Shown here one piece after another: positions 37,255-45,632 of a stretch of 64,000 nucleotides of DNA. The DNA comes from Candidatus Bathyarchaeota archaeon (lineage in GTDB: Archaea; Thermoproteota; Bathyarchaeia; Bathyarchaeales; Bathyarchaeaceae), in the NCBI GenBank assembly GCA_037386325.1, contig JARRMB010000008.1:4436-68435 (forward strand), written 5' to 3'. The position numbers and the translations under genes are program-made. The stretch's first letter is position 1; the number at the start of each line of letters is the position of its first letter. A model generated the notes under the pieces. The model saw only the letters and a program-made list of their open reading frames with translations, ran no database searches and was not told where the DNA came from.

Positions 37255-38910
37255 TTGTCGATTATAGTTAAACTTAGAAAAGAATTCTCTTTCATTAAAG
37301 AAAATATTTTAATCAATACTATCTCGTTAACCATAATTCTCGTTACTGCTGCAATACCTTACACATATTATCCTAAATACGTCTTAGGATTAGGAGGATC
37401 TGCATCAATTGTTGGGCTTTTGGGATTTGCATCTTATGTAACACTTGCATTAGTGCAAATACCTGGGGGATATCTGGCAGATAGACATGGAAGAAGACGA
37501 TTAATTGTCATGATGACGTTTGCTATTTCGTCGACCTATTTCCTTTTCGCTATTGCTCCTAATTGGCAGTTTTTACTAATTGCAACAATATTACAAAACC
37601 TATTCATGATTTATCAACCAGCACATCAAGCACTTGTTGCAGATTCAACACCTCCAGAAAAGAGAGGACTAGGGTTTTCAATAATCAATTTGCTCCATTA
37701 TATTTCAGTTCCTTCACCCATAATTGCGGGTATTTTGGTTGTCCAGTTTGGATTGATTTCAGGAATGCAAATTGGATATCTCATTGTCTCTATTGCATTT
37801 TTTGTAGTTGCCATTTTGAGAATTCAATTCAAAGAAACTTTGAATAAGACTTTGGAACGAATACAGTTATCGAATATAATTAAAAGCCTTCCAAGATCGT
37901 TTGCAGAAAGTATTAAAGCATTAAAAGAATCCTCAAACCCAATGCTATTTCTTTTCATTAGTTTTGTGATCTACCATTTTGCGTGGTTTATGTGTTCAAG
38001 TTACTTAATTTTATATGCAACTGAGGTTGCAAATATTCCAGATTTCGAATGGGCAACCCTGTGGACGTGGTTTGCAGTAGTGAATATACTCGCGGCTTTA
38101 CCTTGCGGTAAAATCGTTGACAGATTTGGACGAAAAAGACCATTAACAATAGCGTGGTTTCTTTTTATCCCTGGTTTAGTTGGGTTTGTAATAGGAAACA
38201 TAATTTTAATTTCAGTGAGTTTACTTTTTTTGGGTGTTGCTTTGATTTTGGCAAACACCGCGTATCCTGCGTTAATAGCAGATTTTGTGGTCAGGGAGAA
38301 TCGAGGAAAGATAATTGGTAGCACAAACTTTTTCTTTAATATTTTTAGCGGTTTAGGTCAGCTCTTTGGAGGCTTTTTATATGAATACCTCTCCCCAGCT
38401 CTTCCTTTTATTTTTTCAGCAATTTTGTTTGTTCCCTGCTTTCTTTTAACATTGAGTTCATCAATTGTAAGTTTTCCATTGTGCAAAATTGTAGCAATTA
38501 AAACTCCATATATTCCAAGATTTTCAAGATCTATTAATTCTTGCAGATTTCTTATTCCCCCGCCAACTATTATGTCAATCTCAACAGTTTCAAGAAGTTT
38601 GTTTAATGAACCTAGGTTTATTCCATATTCTGTTCCTACTCGATCCAAATCTAAAACTATTATTTGTTTAACTCCCAAGTTTTCAAAGTTTTTAGCTGCC
38701 AAAAAAATATCAAGCTTGGAAAGAGATTCTGAATTGGTTAATATTTTTAGCGGTTTAGGTCAGCTCTTTGGAGGCTTTTTATATGAATACCTCTCCCCAG
38801 CTCTTCCTTTTATTTTTTCAGCAATTTTGTTTGTTCCCTGCTTTCTTTTAACATTGCTCCTCGGACACCATGGACAGCAACACCATTTAAAATGTCGATT
38901 ACAGGAATAA
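37255..38910 (+). CDS. MFS transporter; the native protein probably ends near 38455-38470, and the listed ORF is a read-through
   Basis: GGYLADRHGRRR (MFS loop 2-3 motif), a second DRFGRKR and about 12 hydrophobic segments in the first ~400 aa. Beyond R1 the frame reads the antisense of a HisA-like fragment, then a second copy of its own last TM segment. Confidence 0.8.
   Translation: MSIIVKLRKEFSFIKENILINTISLTIILVTAAIPYTYYPKYVLGLGGSASIVGLLGFASYVTLALVQIPGGYLADRHGRRRLIVMMTFAISSTYFLFAIAPNWQFLLIATILQNLFMIYQPAHQALVADSTPPEKRGLGFSIINLLHYISVPSPIIAGILVVQFGLISGMQIGYLIVSIAFFVVAILRIQFKETLNKTLERIQLSNIIKSLPRSFAESIKALKESSNPMLFLFISFVIYHFAWFMCSSYLILYATEVANIPDFEWATLWTWFAVVNILAALPCGKIVDRFGRKRPLTIAWFLFIPGLVGFVIGNIILISVSLLFLGVALILANTAYPALIADFVVRENRGKIIGSTNFFFNIFSGLGQLFGGFLYEYLSPALPFIFSAILFVPCFLLTLSSSIVSFPLCKIVAIKTPYIPRFSRSINSCRFLIPPPTIMSISTVSRSLFNEPRFIPYSVPTRSKSKTIICLTPKFSKFLAAKKISSLERDSELVNIFSGLGQLFGGFLYEYLSPALPFIFSAILFVPCFLLTLLLGHHGQQHHLKCRLQE
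38336..38454. repeat. 119-bp direct repeat, copy R1 (3' end of the MFS gene)
   Basis: Identical base for base to 38738-38856 by manual alignment. Encodes NIFSGLGQLFGGFLYEYLSPALPFIFSAILFVPCFLLTL. Confidence 0.95.
38455..38737 (-). pseudogene. HisA-like (COG1411, proFAR isomerase-related) protein, C-terminal ~95 codons only
   Basis: Minus strand: ...SLSKLDIFLAAKNFENLGVKQIIVLDLDRVGTEYGINL...DIIVGGGIRNLQELIDLENLGIYGVLIATILHNGKLTIDELN. Bracketed by R1 and R2. Confidence 0.75.
38738..38856. repeat. 119-bp direct repeat, copy R2 (sits inside the HisA-like gene)
   Basis: Identical to 38336-38454. Lies between the N-terminal and C-terminal remnants of the HisA-like gene. Confidence 0.95.
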
Positions 38911-38920
38911 TTTTCATCAT
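38857..38920 (-). pseudogene. HisA-like (COG1411) protein, N-terminal 21 codons
   Basis: ATG at 38920 or 38917, then MMKIIPVIDILNGVAVHGVRG, the typical family start. It then runs into R2 and a stop. Confidence 0.7.
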
Positions 38921-38954
38921 GATCTCATACAATAAGAATAGTTGATGATAAAGT

Positions 38955-40178
38955 TTGAATCTTTTGATCGTTGAGTATATTTCTGGAGGAGGATATTCTA
39001 ACCAAAAGCTTTCAGGAAACATCCTAAGCGAAGCTTACGGAATGTTACGAAATATAATCTCAGATTTCAAAGCATTAGGACATCAAGTTACAACTTTAAT
39101 AGACTCAAGATTAATAGCGTTTAATCCACCAAATGAAGCAGACAGAATGATAACCATTTCATCTGTCAAACAATTTTATACAAAAATAAAAGATATTTCA
39201 AAATCTGCTGATGCCGTTTATTTTATCGGACCTGAGTCAAATAATTTGCTTGAAAAACTTGTTGAAACTACTTCAAATTCAGACGTAAAATCGCTCAATT
39301 CTGAAATTAATGACATAAAAGTTTGTTCAAATAAGAAAAATATTTATGAAATAGCGAAAAAAATTGGATTAATAGTTCCAGAAACAGAAATAATAGATAG
39401 TCATGATAAATTTGAGAACATTAAGAAAATAATCAAAGATTTTGGATATCCCTTGGTGATTAAACCATTAATAGGGGTTGGTTGTAGTGGGTTAATTATT
39501 GTCAAAGAGAAATCAAACCTTTCTGATGCTATTTCGAAAGTATCAAAAGAATCTAATAATAGCCAGTTCATCGCTCAGAAATTCATTGAAGGACAACCTG
39601 CAAGCGTGAGTGTAATTTCTACAGGAACAAAAGCTGTATCTGTTTCATTAAACAAGCAATTTGTAAATCTAACAGATCCTTACAATGAACCTAAATATTC
39701 TGGGGGGGTTGTTCCATTAGATCATGAGTTAAAAAAGAACTCATTGAGGGATGCTAAACATTTGGTTGAAGCATTCAATGGTTTAAAGGGTTACATTGGA
39801 GTTGATATAATATTAACAAACGAGGAAGTAGTAATTATGGAAGTTAATCCTCGACTTACAACATCATATATTGGATTAAGAAAAATAGTAAATTTCAATA
39901 TAGCTGAAGCAATCACAAAAGCGACAATTCAAAGAAATTTACCGAAGAATATAGAAAAAAGAGGTTATTCATTCTTCTCAAAGGTTCAAGTTCCTCCAAA
40001 ATTAAAATTTCTTCGTGAAACATATCATATAAAGAACATTATATCTCCACCATTTCCAATTGAATTAAAAAAATCAGCAACTGCTTTGATTTCTACAACG
40101 TCATCAACAGAAAAAGGAACACAACAAGCATTTTACCGGACAAAAAAGCGATTGTTAAAAATTTATGGTGAAAGTTAA
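38955..40178 (+). CDS. ATP-grasp enzyme of the methanofuran/H4MPT cofactor cluster (MfnD / Orf5-like ligase)
   Basis: 407 aa. LLIVEYISGGGYS start typical of these cluster ATP-grasp proteins, with a central ATP-grasp core (GYPLVIKPLIGVGCSG...IMEVNPR). TTG start. Confidence 0.7.
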   Translation: MNLLIVEYISGGGYSNQKLSGNILSEAYGMLRNIISDFKALGHQVTTLIDSRLIAFNPPNEADRMITISSVKQFYTKIKDISKSADAVYFIGPESNNLLEKLVETTSNSDVKSLNSEINDIKVCSNKKNIYEIAKKIGLIVPETEIIDSHDKFENIKKIIKDFGYPLVIKPLIGVGCSGLIIVKEKSNLSDAISKVSKESNNSQFIAQKFIEGQPASVSVISTGTKAVSVSLNKQFVNLTDPYNEPKYSGGVVPLDHELKKNSLRDAKHLVEAFNGLKGYIGVDIILTNEEVVIMEVNPRLTTSYIGLRKIVNFNIAEAITKATIQRNLPKNIEKRGYSFFSKVQVPPKLKFLRETYHIKNIISPPFPIELKKSATALISTTSSTEKGTQQAFYRTKKRLLKIYGES

Positions 40179-40275
40179 ATGGTAAATGTTTTAGGTCTCG
40201 ATATCGGAGGCGCTAACATTAAAGCTGCTTTCCTAGAAACCAAAAACGCAAAACTCATAGAACATAAAGAATTAA

Positions 40276-41166
40276 TTGAATATTTATGGTGTCGGTGTTA
40301 CAATTACTGCCGAACTTTCAGATGCTTTTAAAACCAAAAAAGAGGGAATCAAACATATTCTAGAAACCATAATCGAAGTTTTTACCAATGTTCCGAAATT
40401 TATTGTGGATGTAGAAGCAAACCTCCTTTCAGTAGAAGATGCATTACAAAAACCGTACAGAGTAGCATCTGCGAATTGGGCTGCAACAGGTTGGATGATT
40501 TCAAAGTTAATCAAAAACTGCATCACGATCGATGTGGGAAGCACAACAACTAGTATTATCCCAATAGTAAATGGGAAGGTTTATGCCAAAGGTAAAACAG
40601 ATCTTGAAAAACTTCAGAATGGAGAACTCGTTTATTCGGGATCAATACGAACAAATGTTGCCACAATTAATAATTGGATTCCAGTTAATGGAATAAACAC
40701 TAGGGTGTCATCAGAATTCTTTGCTCAATCAGGTGACGTTCACATAATTCTTGAAAACATAATCAAAGACGATTACATTACTGAAACTCCAGATAATAGA
40801 GGAAAAACCAAGATAGAATCTATGGCAAGATTGGCGAGAGTTGTTTGCGCAGATATTGAAATGTTAACCGAACAAGAGATTACTGAAATGGCTAAATTCG
40901 TTTACGATAAACAGGTCGATCAAATCGCTGAGGGTTTAGAACAAGTTAGTAATAGAGTAAGGACTTTAACTCAAAATAAGTTAAAGTTAGTAGTTACTGG
41001 GTTAGGAAGAAAATTTTTGGCTAAGAAAGCTGCTGAAAAAATTGGTTTTAGAAATATAATAGATATGGACGAATATTTGGGGGATAAATCAGCAATCGGT
41101 TCAACATCTGTTGCTGTAGGACTGATGGTTGCAAGTAATTTGGAGAAACAAGATATAAAATGGTAA
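40276..41166 (+). CDS. COG1548 ASKHA-fold protein of the H4MPT/methanofuran cluster (hydantoinase-like); N-terminus in another frame
   Basis: VTITAELSDAFKTKKEGI... The expected N-terminus MVNVLGLDIGGANIKAAFL... is encoded from the ATG at 40179, directly after the ATP-grasp stop, in frame 0. The gene body is in frame +1. Confidence 0.75.
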   Translation: MNIYGVGVTITAELSDAFKTKKEGIKHILETIIEVFTNVPKFIVDVEANLLSVEDALQKPYRVASANWAATGWMISKLIKNCITIDVGSTTTSIIPIVNGKVYAKGKTDLEKLQNGELVYSGSIRTNVATINNWIPVNGINTRVSSEFFAQSGDVHIILENIIKDDYITETPDNRGKTKIESMARLARVVCADIEMLTEQEITEMAKFVYDKQVDQIAEGLEQVSNRVRTLTQNKLKLVVTGLGRKFLAKKAAEKIGFRNIIDMDEYLGDKSAIGSTSVAVGLMVASNLEKQDIKW

Positions 41167-41825
41167 CAGTATTGAAAGTTGGGGGAAGTTTAGTACAAGA
41201 TCCTAATATTTTAAAGCGATTATGCCATGAATTGAGTATCCTAGCCAAAGATTACAAAATTATAATCGTTCCAGGAGGAAGTAATTTTGCTGATACTGTA
41301 AGAGAATTTGATAAAAAATATAATATCTCATTTTCAATTGCACACAAAATGGCTATACTTGCGATGGATCAATATGGATTATTTCTCTCTGATTTGATGT
41401 CAGAGTCTTATGTTTCATATTCGCTTAAGAATGTAGTAAACAACAAAGAAGGAAATCTTCCAATTTTTTTGCCATCTCGTATAATGTTTCGTGAAAATCC
41501 TTTAGAGAATTCTTGGAACACAACCTCTGATTCGATAGCAGCATATATTGCTAATTTACTAAGTGCCGAGAAACTTCTAATAGTTAAAGACGTTGATGGA
41601 ATTCTATCTCAAGATCCAAAACAAAGTATTAACGCCAAATTGGTTAACGAGCTGACTGCTCAAGAATTAATTGAATGGAATATAACAACTAGTGTCGACA
41701 AATCATTACCTAAAATTCTTCTTCAAACAAAGCTAGATTGTTACATTGTTAATGGAAAATTCCCTAAGAGAATAAAACAAATAATGGAAAATAAGAAATC
41801 AGTATGCACACATATCATAATTTAA
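41160..41825 (+). CDS. Amino-acid-kinase-fold protein (COG2054-like; MfnE-type kinase candidate)
   Basis: 221 aa. VLKVGGSL...IIVPGGSNFAD...VKDVDGI are aspartokinase/uridylate kinase-fold motifs, in cofactor cluster context. Confidence 0.7.
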   Translation: MVTVLKVGGSLVQDPNILKRLCHELSILAKDYKIIIVPGGSNFADTVREFDKKYNISFSIAHKMAILAMDQYGLFLSDLMSESYVSYSLKNVVNNKEGNLPIFLPSRIMFRENPLENSWNTTSDSIAAYIANLLSAEKLLIVKDVDGILSQDPKQSINAKLVNELTAQELIEWNITTSVDKSLPKILLQTKLDCYIVNGKFPKRIKQIMENKKSVCTHIII

Positions 41826-42547
41826 TTTGAAGTAATATTATGAATTTCTTTTACAAACTCGACCACTTTTTCTTTTTCAAGTTTACCATTTAAACGATCA
41901 GTATTCGTACAAAGTGCTCCTCTAAAACCAATAATATCTGCACCTAAATTATATACAGACTCAATATCTTGTTTTCTTAAAGAACCAGCAAGAGCAACAA
42001 GTAAATTACGCGAGTGCGCTGAAATAACAAAATCTTTTAGTTGATTTATTTTAAAAAAATTAAACAGATTTGACTTTACATCCTTTATCTTGACATCAAT
42101 TAGAACTCCATCAGCGTTTGCTTTACAAGCTATATCCGGAAGTTTTAAAGGATTTATGCATCCAATTTTTTTATAATCCGCATAACCAGAAGCAATTATC
42201 TTTAACCTATTGTCATACTCTTTTACTGCCTGAACAACTTCAGCAAGTAATGTTATTGAATCTTGAAGACTTTTAACACCAAAAAGTCCAACCTTCACAT
42301 ACCTTACTCCAGAAACAGCTGCACCAAGAGCAGCAAGAGCAGCTGTTCCAGGTAGATTAGGCATATCACCAATGGTTGCACTTAATTCAATATTTTCGGG
42401 GATAATACCCTTGATCTCTTTAATAACTCTAGGAAAATTTGCACCTAGCGAACCTTCTTTTGGATTTTTAACGTCAATGATATGGGCTCCTCCCTCAACA
42501 CTTTCCATAGCTTCGTTTCGATTAACAACACTTACTAGCAATTTCAA
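41822..42547 (-). CDS. mfnB: 4-(hydroxymethyl)-2-furancarboxaldehyde-phosphate synthase (MfnB, DUF556/COG1891)
   Basis: MKLLVSV...GGAHIIDVKNPKEGSLGANFP...YVKVGL...LAGSL...GFRGALC closely resembles MJ1099-type MfnB as I recall it. Confidence 0.8.
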   Translation of the reverse strand: MKLLVSVVNRNEAMESVEGGAHIIDVKNPKEGSLGANFPRVIKEIKGIIPENIELSATIGDMPNLPGTAALAALGAAVSGVRYVKVGLFGVKSLQDSITLLAEVVQAVKEYDNRLKIIASGYADYKKIGCINPLKLPDIACKANADGVLIDVKIKDVKSNLFNFFKINQLKDFVISAHSRNLLVALAGSLRKQDIESVYNLGADIIGFRGALCTNTDRLNGKLEKEKVVEFVKEIHNITSN

Positions 42548-42791
42548 CGAGATTCATCTAATGTTGAATTTCTTCTAGATATAATTTAATCTTATGTCCT
42601 TCTGATTTTATCAATAAATTGCAAAAACCTTTTACAATGAAACTAGGAATCGATTTAAATTAAATAAATGGGTGAATTATTTCTGTTGTTAAATGTTTTT
42701 TAAATGTTCTAATAAGTGGACTTAAAAGGAAAACAACCGTTCTTATGATAGATAATTATGTTAAGCGATACCAATATTTTTCCAAATATAG

Positions 42792-43088
42792 GTGACTCGT
42801 TGGAGATGTAAATTTTTGCAAGAAGATGAAGCTGAATTAGATTATAAATTAAGAGGAAAAGCTTGGAAAGTTTATTGGATTCTTCTAAAAAATGGACGTT
42901 CAATGAGTGTCAGGGAAATAGAGAAAGCACTTAATTTTAGTAGTCCAAGTGTTGCACAGCATCATCTTGAGCAACTTCGACAAATAGGTTTGGTTCAAAA
43001 AGAAAATGTTGGTGGAAACTATGGTCTTGTTAGTGAAGTAAAAATAGGTGTTCTTAGGCATTTGGCGATTAAAACCGTTCTAGTGTAA
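42792..43088 (+). CDS. Winged-helix (ArsR-like) DNA-binding protein
   Basis: KVYWILLKNGRSMSVREIEKALNFSSPSVAQHHLEQLRQIGLV. Confidence 0.6.
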   Translation: MTRWRCKFLQEDEAELDYKLRGKAWKVYWILLKNGRSMSVREIEKALNFSSPSVAQHHLEQLRQIGLVQKENVGGNYGLVSEVKIGVLRHLAIKTVLV

Positions 43089-43297
43089 ATTTCAGAAGCG
43101 GAATAGTTAAAACGAATTTAAAAAATGAATGGTATTTGAAGGAAAACTAATTGTTGATTGTCCGAATAATTGTTCGGTGTGTCTTGAATCTTTATCAAAT
43201 TTTCCAGCTAAAACAACGTGCATAAAAGAAAATAATTACTAGACAATTTTTTATTAGATTAATTACCTAAACAAGTTATTACTAGGAATCTACCAAT

Positions 43298-43567
43298 TTA
43301 AGATTCCTTCATGTCAAGGGCGGGAAAGCCAGTTAGACGAATTTTGCATGAACAAGCATTACATTGGATTGTTAGTTCCTCTAATTCCTCGTCTTTTACT
43401 TTTTCATCAATTATAATATAAACTTCTTCAGATTCATCTTCTGGAGAAATAGTAACTCCACAGTTTGGACAGGAAAAATCTCCATTGCCTTCTATTTTTG
43501 TCAAATCAATTTCCGTAACTGCATTTTGCCCGTTCTTTTTCCCTTTTTTTGTGTGGGCGTCAGTCAA
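43298..43567 (-). CDS. Small acidic zinc-ribbon protein
   Basis: 89 aa with CPNC...CNAC cysteine pairs. Confidence 0.4.
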   Translation of the reverse strand: MTDAHTKKGKKNGQNAVTEIDLTKIEGNGDFSCPNCGVTISPEDESEEVYIIIDEKVKDEELEELTIQCNACSCKIRLTGFPALDMKES

Positions 43568-43666
43568 TTTTAAATCCTCATGATACAGAGAAAATGGAAG
43601 TTGTATTACTACCTTATTAAGATGTAGTTAAAAGTAAAACATCAAAAAATATATCTATTTTTAAAA

Positions 43667-44746
43667 TTATCTCGAAATAAGTTTTTTTATTAATTGAATA
43701 ATTTGCTTTCCCGCAGTACCATCACCAAATGGATTATTCCAGCGATGATGATTTTGGAGCATAAAATTTGATTTCTTAAAAATTTCATTAGGTTTCACTC
43801 CAGCTAAAATGTTTGCTCCAACATCTAAAGTTTCAGGTCTTTCAGTATTATCTCGTAAAGTAACGCAGGGTACACCTAGAATACAAGATTCTTCTTGAAC
43901 TCCACCTGAATCAGTGAGAATTAATCTAGCATTATTTTCAATCTGTAAAAAAGATAAGTAATCCAAAGGTTCAATGAGTTTAACAAACTTGTTTTTTAAT
44001 CCAAAAAGTTCCAATTGTTTTTTAGCCCTAGGATGAATAGGATAGATAATTTCAAAACCAAGTTCTTTTAATTTATCTAAGCCATCAATTATTTTACTAA
44101 ATCTTGTTCTATTATCAACATTTTCTTGTCGGTGAATTGTAACCAAAAAGTATTTTTTTCTTTCAAGCTTTAATTCATCAAGAATAGAAAACTTATTTTT
44201 TGACAGCTGCAAGTTTTGAAATACAGCATCAACAATGGTATTGCCAGTTAAGAATATTTTTTCTCTATCAACACCTTCCTGGAGTAAAATCTCTTTAGAT
44301 TTTTCAGTTGGGGAAAATAGATAAGTAGAAGAGTGATCGGCTAGGATTCGATTTATTTCTTCAGGCATATTTCTGTCATAACTTCTAAGACCTGCTTCTA
44401 CATGTCCAACAGGTATTCCCAGCTTAACAGAAGCTATAGCTCCAGCAAGAACAGTATTAGTATCGCCCTCAACTAGAACTACGTCGGGTTCTTCTTCTTG
44501 TAATATTTTTTCTATACCGATGAGCATTTTTCCAGTTTGTTCTGCATGACTACCTGGACCGATATCCAAATTATATTTCGCACTAGGTAATTTAAGCTGC
44601 TCAAAAAACACTTTGTCCATATTATAAGAATAATGTTGTCCAGTATGAAGAATAAAAAAATCTAAATTCAAAGCTTCACATTCACGAATAATTGGGGACA
44701 TTTTTATTATTTCAGGACGCGTTCCAAGAATTATCGAAATTTTCAT
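43667..44746 (-). CDS. wecB: UDP-N-acetylglucosamine 2-epimerase
   Basis: 359 aa. ILGTRPEIIKMSP, GDTNT and DSGGVQEE motifs. Confidence 0.9.
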   Translation of the reverse strand: MKISIILGTRPEIIKMSPIIRECEALNLDFFILHTGQHYSYNMDKVFFEQLKLPSAKYNLDIGPGSHAEQTGKMLIGIEKILQEEEPDVVLVEGDTNTVLAGAIASVKLGIPVGHVEAGLRSYDRNMPEEINRILADHSSTYLFSPTEKSKEILLQEGVDREKIFLTGNTIVDAVFQNLQLSKNKFSILDELKLERKKYFLVTIHRQENVDNRTRFSKIIDGLDKLKELGFEIIYPIHPRAKKQLELFGLKNKFVKLIEPLDYLSFLQIENNARLILTDSGGVQEESCILGVPCVTLRDNTERPETLDVGANILAGVKPNEIFKKSNFMLQNHHRWNNPFGDGTAGKQIIQLIKKLISR

Positions 44747-44771
44747 TTGATTAAGAATTCCTTCTTAGTTT

Positions 44772-45632
44772 CTATTCTTCCAGATGTCCTTTTTCCACAA
44801 GGTAAGCATAGAGTGCTTCTTCCCACGGTCGTGATTCTAGTTCATAGTTTGACAATTTTATACTTCTTAGTGCAGAAAATTTTGGTCTTTTCGCAAGACC
44901 ATAATTAGGATCAGCTTTCACCGGTTTCAAGATTGGATTTAATTCTAAAATTCGAAAGATTTCTCTAGCAAATTCATACCACGAACAAAAGCCATGATTG
45001 GTTGTATGATAGATCCCAAAAGGAAGTTTGTATTCCAAGATTCCGTTTAAAATTCTAGCAGCATCTTTAGTATATGTAGGACTCATCCACATATCATTAA
45101 CCACGCTTATTTTTTCATTATTATTGGCTTTTGTTATCATTGTTTCAACGAAGTTGCCTCCCTTTCCACTAGCTCCTGCAACTCCGAAAACACTTGCTAT
45201 CCGCAATATGTAGTATTTCGGATTTTGCCGAATGAAGTATTCTGCAGCTAATTTTGATATTCCGTAAGTGTTTAATGGAAAGGGCATATCGTCTTCAGTG
45301 TATGGTTCATTTTTGGATCCATCAAAAACATAATCTGTGCTAATGAAAACAACACTAGAATCAATCTTTTTTGATATTGAAGCTATATTTCTTGCTCCTA
45401 GAGCGTTAACTGAAAAAGTTTTCATTGGTTCCTTTTCGCACTGATCTGTTTTATGAAATGCAGCTGTATTTATAATAACGTCAGGTTGACCTTGTTTTAG
45501 AATCTGGCAACTATTGTAGTCTGCTATTTCAATATCTTGATGGTCCAAACCAGTAACTTCATGTTCTTTACTAAGAATTTTCATCAGATCGGTACCGAAT
45601 TGACCTGTAGATCCAATAACTGTTATTTTCAC
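44772..45632 (-). CDS. rfbD: dTDP-4-dehydrorhamnose reductase
   Basis: 286 aa. GSTGQFG, STDYVFDG and YGISK motifs. Confidence 0.85.
   Translation of the reverse strand: MKITVIGSTGQFGTDLMKILSKEHEVTGLDHQDIEIADYNSCQILKQGQPDVIINTAAFHKTDQCEKEPMKTFSVNALGARNIASISKKIDSSVVFISTDYVFDGSKNEPYTEDDMPFPLNTYGISKLAAEYFIRQNPKYYILRIASVFGVAGASGKGGNFVETMITKANNNEKISVVNDMWMSPTYTKDAARILNGILEYKLPFGIYHTTNHGFCSWYEFAREIFRILELNPILKPVKADPNYGLAKRPKFSALRSIKLSNYELESRPWEEALYAYLVEKGHLEE

Noticed and set aside
38336-38856. The 119-bp repeat pair as the template and variable repeats of a diversity-generating retroelement.
   Set aside because: The copies are identical, with no adenine-specific differences. There is no reverse transcriptase or accessory gene nearby.
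38336-38856. The repeat pair as ends or target duplication of an insertion sequence or MITE.
   Set aside because: The intervening 283 bp is a fragment of the neighbouring cofactor gene, not transposon-like sequence. There are no terminal inverted repeats and no transposase.
37255-38910. The 551-aa ORF as a genuine MFS fusion protein with a novel C-terminal domain.
   Set aside because: The extra ~150 codons are the antisense of a HisA-like gene fragment plus a second exact copy of the MFS protein's own last TM segment. This is a read-through created by the 119-bp duplication, not a domain.
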